The notes beneath the pieces are model-generated. The model was not told the DNA's origin. It made no database searches and saw nothing but the letters and a program-made list of their open reading frames with translations. A stretch of 63,367 bases of DNA from Actinomycetota bacterium (GTDB lineage Bacteria > Actinomycetota > UBA4738 > HRBIN12), in contig JBPCPX010000032.1 of assembly GCA_050998695.1 (NCBI GenBank), forward strand, positions 1 through 63,367. The letters are read 5' to 3'. Of the stretch, positions 44,463 through 52,798 are shown piece by piece. Within the stretch, counting starts at the first letter, position 1, and the number at the start of each line of letters is the position of its first letter. The position numbers and the translations under genes were made by a program.

Positions 44463-47000
44463 ATGCCAGGAACCCTCGTCGTCGTCGAATCGCCTGCGAA
44501 GGCGAAGACCATCGAGAAGTACCTGGGCGCCGATTACGCCGTCCGGGCTTCCTTCGGCCACGTCCGGGACCTGCCGAAGAGCCAGCTCGGCGTCGACGTT
44601 GAGGACGGTTTCGAGCCCGTGTACGAGGTCCCCGAGGACTCGAAGCGCCACGTCGCCGACCTGAAAAGAGCGCTCAAAGGCGCGGACGAGCTCGTCCTCG
44701 CCACCGACTACGACCGCGAGGGCGAGGCGATCGCGTATCACGTCGCAACCCTGCTGGGAGTACGCCCGGACGAGGCGAAGCGGATCACGTTCACGGAGAT
44801 CACGCGCGATGCCATCCTCGAATCCGTCCGTCACCCACGCGCGATCGATCTGAAGCTCGTCGACGCCCAGGAGGCTCGACGGATCCTCGACCGACTCGTC
44901 GGGTACCGGATCAGCCCGATCCTGTGGAAGAAGGTGCGTCCCGGACTGTCCGCCGGTCGGGTGCAGTCCGTCGCCGTCCGTCTGATCGTGGAGCGGGAAC
45001 GCGAGATCCGGGCCTTCAACCCGGTGGAGTACTGGAGCATCGACGTTCGGCTTTCTCCCGATGGCGAAGACCTGCCCTTCGTGGCCCGCCTCACCGAGAT
45101 CCCGGAGGGGAAGCTCGCGACCGCGCCGGACAAGAAGGGGATCCTGCTCGGAGCCGAGACCGACGCCACACCGCACGTCGAGCGGCTCGGCCGGGCCGCA
45201 TATCAGGTCGTCGATGTCCAGAAGAAGGAACGGAAGCGATCGCCCGCACCTCCGTTCACGACGTCCACGCTGCAGCAGGAGGCCGCGCGGAAGCTCGGAT
45301 ACTCCGCGCGCAAGACGATGTCGACCGCTCAACGGCTGTACGAAGGCGTCTCGCTCCCAGGTGAGGGATCCGTCGGCCTGATCACCTACATGAGGACCGA
45401 CTCGGTGAACATCGCCGACTCGGCACTTCGGGAGATCGCCGAGCTCGTGAAGACCGAGTACGGCGCCTCCTACGCGCTGGCGGAGCACCGCCGGTACAAG
45501 ACGCGTTCGCGGAACGCCCAGGAGGCGCACGAAGCGGTCAGGCCCACGTCCGTGCTGCGTTCCCCCGAGCGCGTGGCGGCGGCCCTCGACCATGACCAAC
45601 TGCGGCTGTACGACCTCATCTGGAAGCGGACCGTCGCCACGCAGATGGCGGAGGCCCGATTCGACCAGGTGGGTGTGGACATCCAGGCGGTGGACGGGGA
45701 TGCGAGGTACGGCCTGCGGGCAACCGGCCAGACGCTCGTGTTCGACGGGTTCATCCGCGTTTACACCGAGGGTCGCGACGAGGGACCGGACGAAGACGCG
45801 GAGTCGCGTCTCCCCGAGCTCACGGCCGACCAGCTCCTGCGGATGCTCGAAGTGCTGCCGGAGCAGCACTTCACCCAGCCACCTCCGAGGTACTCGGAAG
45901 CCTCGCTCGTCAAGACCCTCGAGGAGCTCGGCATCGGCCGGCCGTCGACCTACGCGTCGATCATCCAGACGATCCAGGCGCGCGGTTACGTGCGCCTGGA
46001 TCAGAAGCGGTTCATCCCCGAAGACGTCGCCGAGGTCGTGACCGACAAGCTGATCCAGCACTTCCCTGACATCGTCGACGTCCATTTCACCGCGCGGATG
46101 GAGGACGAGCTCGACGACATCGCAGAAGGCAAGGCCACCCGGATCGCTGTTCTCCAGGACTTCTACGTCCCGTTCGCGGAAGAGCTCATGCTCGCCGAGG
46201 AGAAGTTCGAACGCTACCTCGAGGAGCTGGAGGAGCTCTGCCCCAAGTGTCCCACCGAGGGGCGGGAGCCGGGGCGGCTGCAGGTGCGGCTGGGCAGGTT
46301 CGGGAAATTCATCGGCTGCGAGAACTTCCCCGACTGCGACTACATCCGCAACCTCGATGGAAGCGAACGGCCGGAGCCGGAGCTGCTCGACGAGAACTGC
46401 CCGGAGTGCGGGAAGCAGCTCGTGAAGAAGGTCGGTCGCTTCGGCCCGTTCGTCGGCTGCAGCGGCTACCCGGATTGCCGCTACATCAAGAAGGAGCCGC
46501 CGAAGAGCACGGGCGTCACCTGCCCCCAGTGCGGGAAGGGGGAGCTGGTCGAGAAGCGCACCCGTTTCGGGCTGATGTACGGGTGCGAGCGCTACCCCGA
46601 GTGCGACTGTGCCGTGAACAACCCGCCCGAGAAGGACATCCCCTGCCCCGACTGCGGTGGGCTGCTCCTGCGACGCCCCAAGAGCTTCCGGTGCTGGCAC
46701 TGCGGCGCCGAGGCGGACTTCGATCTCAAGGTGACCAAGCCCGGGGACCGTGAGGCCGAGGCGGCGGCGCGCGCGGCTAAGTCCGAGGCGAGGAAGGCGC
46801 GCGCGGCCGCGCGCGCCGCGAAGAAGCCCACGAAGAAGTCTCCGGGCCGCAAAACGGCGGCCAAGAAGAAGGCGCCCGCCAAGAAGAAGACGGCGGCCAA
46901 GAGAACGGCCGGGGCGAAGAAGATGACCTCCACGAACACGAAGCCTGCGGCCTCGCGGGAGACGGCGCCGGAGCCGGTCACGGCCGGCGAGGAAAGCTAG
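44463..47000 (+). CDS. topA: DNA topoisomerase I with four C4 zinc ribbons and a Lys/Ala-rich tail
   Basis: LVVVESPAKAKTIEKYLG..ATDYDREGEAI..GLITYMRTDS (catalytic Tyr). C-terminal CPKC..CENFPDC, CPEC..CSGYPDC, CPQC..CERYPEC, CPDC..CWHC, then AAKKPTKKSPGRKTAAKKKAPAKKKTAAKR. Confidence 0.92.
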   Translation: MPGTLVVVESPAKAKTIEKYLGADYAVRASFGHVRDLPKSQLGVDVEDGFEPVYEVPEDSKRHVADLKRALKGADELVLATDYDREGEAIAYHVATLLGVRPDEAKRITFTEITRDAILESVRHPRAIDLKLVDAQEARRILDRLVGYRISPILWKKVRPGLSAGRVQSVAVRLIVEREREIRAFNPVEYWSIDVRLSPDGEDLPFVARLTEIPEGKLATAPDKKGILLGAETDATPHVERLGRAAYQVVDVQKKERKRSPAPPFTTSTLQQEAARKLGYSARKTMSTAQRLYEGVSLPGEGSVGLITYMRTDSVNIADSALREIAELVKTEYGASYALAEHRRYKTRSRNAQEAHEAVRPTSVLRSPERVAAALDHDQLRLYDLIWKRTVATQMAEARFDQVGVDIQAVDGDARYGLRATGQTLVFDGFIRVYTEGRDEGPDEDAESRLPELTADQLLRMLEVLPEQHFTQPPPRYSEASLVKTLEELGIGRPSTYASIIQTIQARGYVRLDQKRFIPEDVAEVVTDKLIQHFPDIVDVHFTARMEDELDDIAEGKATRIAVLQDFYVPFAEELMLAEEKFERYLEELEELCPKCPTEGREPGRLQVRLGRFGKFIGCENFPDCDYIRNLDGSERPEPELLDENCPECGKQLVKKVGRFGPFVGCSGYPDCRYIKKEPPKSTGVTCPQCGKGELVEKRTRFGLMYGCERYPECDCAVNNPPEKDIPCPDCGGLLLRRPKSFRCWHCGAEADFDLKVTKPGDREAEAAARAAKSEARKARAAARAAKKPTKKSPGRKTAAKKKAPAKKKTAAKRTAGAKKMTSTNTKPAASRETAPEPVTAGEES

Positions 47001-47002
47001 GC

Positions 47003-49102
47003 GTGGCGAGCGTCGCCGACGAGGTTGCTGCGCTCCGCGGCACCCGGTCGGCGACGCTCGGCGACCTGATCACGCACCCCCCGTTCGCCCGCTTGCTCGC
47101 GGCGATGTCGGTGTCCTCGCTGGGCGACTGGGTCGGATTCCTCGCGGTGACCGCACTCGTCGCGGAGCTGGCAGGCGGCACCGGCGGCGCTGCCTTCTCG
47201 GTTGCCGGGTTGATGCTCGCCCGGACCCTCCCCGCCGTCCTGTTCGGTCCGATCGCCGGTGCCCTCGTCGACCGACTGGACCGGAAGCGGATCATGGTCG
47301 CCGCCGACCTCGCCCGAGGCGCGATGTACGCAGCGATGGTGTTCATCGGCCAGTTGTGGGCGATCTACGCGCTGTCCTTCGTGATCGAGAGTTTCTCGCT
47401 CGTCTGGGGACCCGCTCGCGACGCTTCACTCCCGAACCTCGTCCCGCGCCGTCAGCTCGCCAACGCGAACTCGATCGCGCTCGCCTCCACCTACGGCACC
47501 CTTCCACTCGGCGGGATCGTGTTCACGGTGCTCGTCGGTTTGAACACGCTGCTCAGCCACGCGATCCCGATCCTCGAGGGACGTGACCAGGCGGTGCCCT
47601 TGTTCCTCGACGCCGCGACCTTCTTGTTCTCCGCCGCGATGATCAGCCGCGTACCGATCCCTCCATCCGCGAGGCTCACCGGGCGTTTGGATTTCTCGCG
47701 CATCTGGCGCGACGTCGGCGACGGGATCCGGTTCCTCCGCGAGGACTCGATGGCGTCGGCGATGACCGCCGGGATCGTCGTCGCCTTCTCGGCCGTCGGC
47801 GCCGTGCTCGCGCTGGCACCGCTGTTCGTCGTCCGGAGCCTCGGCGCCGACGACGCGGGATGGGGGTTCATGGTTACTTCCTTCGGAGTCGGTATCGGTC
47901 TCGGGATGGTAAGCGCGAACCAGGCATCGCGGTTGCTCGAACGCGTCTCGCTCTTCCCGTGGTCGATCGTCGTGTCCGCGGGCACGCTCTTCGTGCTTGC
48001 GGTGATGCCCAATCTCGCCCTCGCCGCCGTCGTGACCGTCTGGCTCGGTGCCTTCTGCGGGCTGGCCTGGGTCACGGGCTACACCCTGCTCCAGGAGAAC
48101 GTCCGGGACGAGTTCCGCGGGCGGACGTTCGCCTCGCTCACGGTCCTTTCCCGCATGGGGTTGTTCCTCTCCCTTGCCACGTTCCCTACGCTTGCAGGTG
48201 TCTATGGCACATTGGGCGCCGGCTCCGAGCTCGGGATCCGACTGGCTCTCGCGAGCGCGGGCATCGCGGTGGCCGTCGCCGGGCTCAACACGCGTCGCCT
48301 CCTCAAGCGCTACCGGCTCTCTCGTCCCCAGCCCCTTACCCTCGTGCCGAAGCTGAAGCGGCCGCCCGCGACCGGCTTCTTCATCGCCTTCGAGGGCGTC
48401 GAGGGGTCCGGGAAGGGAACCCAGGTGCGGATGGCGGAGGAGTTCATGCGTTCGGAGGGCTACGACGTGCTGGTCACCCGCGAGCCGGGGGGGACCGCGG
48501 TCGGCGAACGGGTACGAGAGCTGCTCCTCGATCCCGAGACGGGGAAGCTCGACGCGCGGACCGAGGCGCTCCTGTTCGCCGCGTCCCGCGCGCAGACGGT
48601 CCATTCGGTGATCCGGCCCGCGCTGGCGGACGGGAAGGTCGTGATCTGCGACCGGTACGTGGACTCGTCCCTCGCGTACCAGGGGTGGGGGCGAGGGTTG
48701 GGCGAACAGGACATCCTGACCTTGAACGTGTGGGGCACACAGGGCCTATTCCCTGACCTCGTGATCCTGCTGCACCTGGAACCCGAGCGAGGTCTCCTCC
48801 GCTCGACGGATCCGCCCGACCGGATGGAGCTCGAGGGCCAGGACTTCCACACCAAGGTGGCCGACGCGTACCTGAGGATCGCCGAAGAGCACCCGGAACG
48901 CTTCGTGGTCGTCGACGCGGACAAGCCCGAGGCCGAGGTCTTCGAAGCCGTGAGGGTCGCGATCGACAAGGCGCTGGGTGAGCGTGAGGACGGGGGTGGT
49001 GCCGGAGCACTGAAGTCATCGACCGGCCCCTCGGAGACCGGAGGGGGAGCGGCCGCCTCGAACGGAGACGAGACCGGATCCGATGCCTTGCCCGCCGACT
49101 GA
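47003..49102 (+). CDS. tmk: MFS-type membrane domain fused to dTMP (thymidylate) kinase
   Basis: About 450 aa of MFS-like polytopic region, then FIAFEGVEGSGKGTQ (P-loop)..TREPGGT..DRYVDSSLAYQG. GTG start 3 nt after the topA stop. Confidence 0.85.
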   Translation: MASVADEVAALRGTRSATLGDLITHPPFARLLAAMSVSSLGDWVGFLAVTALVAELAGGTGGAAFSVAGLMLARTLPAVLFGPIAGALVDRLDRKRIMVAADLARGAMYAAMVFIGQLWAIYALSFVIESFSLVWGPARDASLPNLVPRRQLANANSIALASTYGTLPLGGIVFTVLVGLNTLLSHAIPILEGRDQAVPLFLDAATFLFSAAMISRVPIPPSARLTGRLDFSRIWRDVGDGIRFLREDSMASAMTAGIVVAFSAVGAVLALAPLFVVRSLGADDAGWGFMVTSFGVGIGLGMVSANQASRLLERVSLFPWSIVVSAGTLFVLAVMPNLALAAVVTVWLGAFCGLAWVTGYTLLQENVRDEFRGRTFASLTVLSRMGLFLSLATFPTLAGVYGTLGAGSELGIRLALASAGIAVAVAGLNTRRLLKRYRLSRPQPLTLVPKLKRPPATGFFIAFEGVEGSGKGTQVRMAEEFMRSEGYDVLVTREPGGTAVGERVRELLLDPETGKLDARTEALLFAASRAQTVHSVIRPALADGKVVICDRYVDSSLAYQGWGRGLGEQDILTLNVWGTQGLFPDLVILLHLEPERGLLRSTDPPDRMELEGQDFHTKVADAYLRIAEEHPERFVVVDADKPEAEVFEAVRVAIDKALGEREDGGGAGALKSSTGPSETGGGAAASNGDETGSDALPAD

Positions 49103-49133
49103 CGTCGTCGGTGTACCGCGATAGCGTGCGGCC

Positions 49134-50255
49134 GTGAGCGTCCCCGTCCTCGATCGAGTCCCCGGCCAGGTGGCTGCGATCGCGTTCCTGACCGGCGCGA
49201 GCGAGCGTCCCCATCACGCCTACGTGTTCGCCGGTCCTGAGGGCAGCGGGAAGTCGCTCGCCGCCCGGGCGTTCGCCGCCGCTCTGCTCTGCAAGAAGGG
49301 AGGGTGCGGTGCGTGCCGCGACTGCCGTCTCGCGGAGGAGGACCATCACCCGAACCAGTTCCTCATCGAGCCGGAGGGCCGCGACATCCACGTCGACACC
49401 ATCCGGGCCGAGGTCTGGCAGCCGGCCTACCGCACCGCGCCGGAGCCCGGGCGGAAGCTGTTCATCGTTCGTGAGGCCGACCGCCTCTCCCCGCAAGCCG
49501 CCGACACCCTGCTGAAGGTGTTGGAGGAGCCACCCGCCGACGCCGTGCTCCTACTGCTCTCGGCGCGGGCTCACGAGCTGCCGGAGACCGTGCTGTCGCG
49601 CTGCCACATCGTCACGTTCACCGCACTACCGGAGGCGTTCGTGGTGGAGGAGCTTATCCGAGGGGGCTCGGACGAGGTCCGCGCGCGGCTGGCCGCGCGC
49701 CTGGCGGGAGGAAATCTCGGGCGCGCGCGGAGGCTGGCCGGCTCCGAGGAGGGCCTCCGGTTCCGAGGCGCTGCTCGGACCGCGATCGAGCTCGCGGTGG
49801 TGGGGCCGGCGGGAGCTCTCGAAGCCGCGGGTGTCGTCCTGCAAGCGGCCGGCGACTACAAGAAGGGGATGAAGGACGAGCTCAAGGCGGATCTCGCTCC
49901 CTTCCTGGACGACCGGGGTCAGCCCGAGGAAGCGTACCGGGGGCCGATCAAGCGCCTCGAGATCAGGTTCCAACGTCGCGAGCGCCGGGCCGAGCGGGAC
50001 TACGTGGACTGGGTGCTGCTGGGTGTCTCGGCTCTGCTGCGGGACTCCGTCGTGGACGAGATCGGCGGCGGGATCGAGGTTCTGCTCAACCCCGACCTGG
50101 CGGGTGAGGGCGGCGCGCGCCTCTCCGTCGTCCGGGCGGCCCGCGGCATGGCGGCCGTCGAGGAGGCGCGCGCCTCCCTCGCCGAAGACATCAACCTGAA
50201 CACGCGCCTGGTCCTCGAGCGAGCGTTCCTTCGCCTCGGCGACGTTGCCGCGTAA
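49134..50255 (+). CDS. holB: DNA polymerase III subunit delta'
   Basis: HAYVFAGPEGSGKS..CGACRDCR..LLKVLEEPP..TVLSRC. Confidence 0.85.
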   Translation: MSVPVLDRVPGQVAAIAFLTGASERPHHAYVFAGPEGSGKSLAARAFAAALLCKKGGCGACRDCRLAEEDHHPNQFLIEPEGRDIHVDTIRAEVWQPAYRTAPEPGRKLFIVREADRLSPQAADTLLKVLEEPPADAVLLLLSARAHELPETVLSRCHIVTFTALPEAFVVEELIRGGSDEVRARLAARLAGGNLGRARRLAGSEEGLRFRGAARTAIELAVVGPAGALEAAGVVLQAAGDYKKGMKDELKADLAPFLDDRGQPEEAYRGPIKRLEIRFQRRERRAERDYVDWVLLGVSALLRDSVVDEIGGGIEVLLNPDLAGEGGARLSVVRAARGMAAVEEARASLAEDINLNTRLVLERAFLRLGDVAA

Positions 50256-50337
50256 GGCCGTTCGGGGACTTCAACTGTGGTGCTGGCACCACTGGCGCTC
50301 ACCCGGCCTGGTGGGACGCTTGCGTGTGGAGGAACAG

Positions 50338-50715
50338 ATGACCGTTCGAGTTCTCATCGTCGACGACCAGGAGCCCTTCCGCATGGCTGCCCGGATGGTG
50401 GTGGAAGCCACGGACGGGTTCGAGGTCGTGGGCGAGGCCGAGACCGGCGAGGACTCCGTCACGATGGCCTCCGACCTCGTGCCCGACCTCGTCCTGATGG
50501 ACGTGAATCTTCCCGGGATCAACGGCCTCGACGCCACACGCCAGATCCTCGCCGACAACGCGAACAGCGCCGTCGTGCTGCTCCTCTCGACGTACGAGGA
50601 GGAGGAGTACGCGCCGCGCGCCGCGGAGTGCGGCACGGCCGCCTACATCCCCAATTCGGTCTTCGGACCCGATCTTCTGGAAGAGGCGTGGGCCGCCGCG
50701 CGCGGCGCCGCCTGA
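50338..50715 (+). CDS. stand-alone receiver-domain response regulator (no output domain)
   Basis: GGAGGA RBS followed by MTVRVLIVDDQE..DLVLMDVNLPGINGLDA..VLLLST. 125 aa, ending 7 nt before the convergent kinase stop. Confidence 0.8.
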   Translation: MTVRVLIVDDQEPFRMAARMVVEATDGFEVVGEAETGEDSVTMASDLVPDLVLMDVNLPGINGLDATRQILADNANSAVVLLLSTYEEEEYAPRAAECGTAAYIPNSVFGPDLLEEAWAAARGAA

Positions 50716-50722
50716 CGTTCCC

Positions 50723-52798
50723 TCAGACCGGCACGCTCCCGTTGACTGCCGTCCCCTCGCCGACGGTGCTGACGATCTCGAACGTGCCGCCCAAGGCATC
50801 CAGCCGGTCCGCGATCCCTTGGAGCCCCGAGCCGTGTGACGCAGAGGCGGGGTCGAAGCCCACGCCGTCATCGGTGACCGCGAACGAGAGTCGACCGTCG
50901 CTCCGAGCGAGTGAGATCTTCACCTTCGAGGCCTCCGCGTACTTCGTCACGTTCTGCAACGCCTCGAGACACGAGAAGTACACCGCCGCCTCGACGTCCT
51001 GGGAGAAGCGGCCGAGATCGCCGGCGTCGACCGAGACCGGAACCCGCAGCTTCCGGGCCTGCGCCTCCAACGCGGCCGGGAGCCCCTTGTCCGCGAGCAG
51101 CGGGGGATAGATGCCCCTGGCGAGGTCGCGGAGGTCGTCGAGCGCGGCGGTCGCTTCCGCCTGGAGCTGGGTCGCGATCTCGGTCGCCTTCGCGGGATCG
51201 CGGCCGGCGATCTGTTCGAGGAGCCGGAGCTTCACGGTGAGCGCCACGAGTTGCTGCTGCGCCCCGTCGTGGATGTTGCGTTCGAGTCGGCGCCGTTCCT
51301 CGTCCTGCGCGGCGACCAGCCGCTGTCGCGAGGCCCGGAGCTCCTCGATGAGACGCACGTTCCGCAACACGAAGCCCGCCTGCGAGGCCAGGTCCCGCAC
51401 GATGCGGCGCTTGGCGGGGGTCATCGGATCGCTCGGTGACGGCTCGACGCTCAGACCGCCGAGGAGCTCGCCCTGGTGACGAACCTCGAACGCCTCTTCG
51501 CCGCGCAGCTCCGGGAGCCGGCCGGGCTCGGTCTGGAGCGACGTGGCCGTGGGCAGGTCCGGCGGCCACGTGGCGGCGGCGTGCAGCTCGCGGCCCACGC
51601 GGAGCCAGACGCGAGCAGCTCTCGCACGAGTGGCTTCGCCAACGAGCTGCGCCATCCGCGGAAGTACGTCCTCGGATGAGTAGGTGGCACCGACGCGACC
51701 GGAGAACTCGGTGAGGACCTCGTACGGCGTCGAGCGTCCGCCGAACACGAGCCGGTCGGCCAGCCACGTGGAGAACCGGTACAGGGGGAGCAACAGGAGC
51801 CCCAGGAGGACACCGGCTGCCAGCAAGAGCGCCGGCCGCTCATCCAGGGACGGCACCAGGCCGACTCCGACGAGGGTCGTCGCGACGCCACCGACCACCA
51901 TCAGGGCGACGACCAACACCGCGAACACGACCGTCCTTTTGATGACGAGTTCGAGATCGAAGAGCCCGTGCCTGATGATCGAGAGGCCGATCGCGACCGG
52001 GAACGCGACGCCGATGACCGCGATGAGCGCTAGCCAGAGGCCCTCGACGACGGGATTGAACTGGTCGCCGTCGGCGGAAACGACGCCGGACCCGATGGTC
52101 CCGACGAGCAACACGCACGCGAGGGCGGCGAGGTAGGCGAGCCATCTGATCTGCTGCCGCTCGTCCCCACTCGCGCGCCGGTACCGCAGGAACAGGGCGA
52201 CGACCGACGCGACCGACGCGAGGAAGAGCCCGGTCGTGGTGGCGAACAACACGGGCCCCAACACCGGCCGAAGTGCCTCCACACCGGTCGGGTTCGGGAC
52301 CTTGACGACGTCGTTGTCGACGGCTCCCGGGCTCAACATGACTGCCACCGCCGAGACCACGGCGACGGTGACCACCGCCGCCGGAACCCAGCGCCATCGG
52401 GGGGAATGCACGCGCCCCGTCGGGAAGAGCAACAGGATCAACGGGATCGGCATGAACACGACGAAGAAGACCCAGTTACTGAGCCACACCGCGAGATCGA
52501 GGAAGGGGACCGACGCCGACGGCTCGGTGACGTAGCCGTACGTGACGAGCTCGGAGGTGAGGCCCACGAGCGCGAATCCCAGCCCGATCGTCAGCATCAG
52601 CCAGCCGAGGGGATTGCCGGGGATGCGAGATGCCACGACGGCTCCGACGGTGCCGTACCCGAGCATCATGAGGATCGCGATCGCGACGAACGCCTCGAAC
52701 GAGTCGTTCCAGGCCGTGACTGTCGCCGTGATCGCCAGGAGTACGAGCATCAGGCCGTAGATGGCCCACGGCAGGCGTCGTCGAAGGGTGCTCGTCAC
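50723..52798 (-). CDS. polytopic GAF-like/HisKA_3 sensor histidine kinase, array member 5 of 5 (HK1 in my numbering)
   Basis: 691 aa. GDERQQIRWL, TPYEVLTEF, ERNIHDGAQQQLVAL (His codon 51269-51271), AVYFSCLEALQNVTKYA, DDGVGFD, GSGLQGIADRL. Confidence 0.88.
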   Translation of the reverse strand: MTSTLRRRLPWAIYGLMLVLLAITATVTAWNDSFEAFVAIAILMMLGYGTVGAVVASRIPGNPLGWLMLTIGLGFALVGLTSELVTYGYVTEPSASVPFLDLAVWLSNWVFFVVFMPIPLILLLFPTGRVHSPRWRWVPAAVVTVAVVSAVAVMLSPGAVDNDVVKVPNPTGVEALRPVLGPVLFATTTGLFLASVASVVALFLRYRRASGDERQQIRWLAYLAALACVLLVGTIGSGVVSADGDQFNPVVEGLWLALIAVIGVAFPVAIGLSIIRHGLFDLELVIKRTVVFAVLVVALMVVGGVATTLVGVGLVPSLDERPALLLAAGVLLGLLLLPLYRFSTWLADRLVFGGRSTPYEVLTEFSGRVGATYSSEDVLPRMAQLVGEATRARAARVWLRVGRELHAAATWPPDLPTATSLQTEPGRLPELRGEEAFEVRHQGELLGGLSVEPSPSDPMTPAKRRIVRDLASQAGFVLRNVRLIEELRASRQRLVAAQDEERRRLERNIHDGAQQQLVALTVKLRLLEQIAGRDPAKATEIATQLQAEATAALDDLRDLARGIYPPLLADKGLPAALEAQARKLRVPVSVDAGDLGRFSQDVEAAVYFSCLEALQNVTKYAEASKVKISLARSDGRLSFAVTDDGVGFDPASASHGSGLQGIADRLDALGGTFEIVSTVGEGTAVNGSVPV

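Noticed and set aside
44343-46700. 785-aa minus-strand ORF
   Set aside because: It is antisense to topA, whose translation carries unmistakable topoisomerase motifs. The antisense product has no recognisable features.
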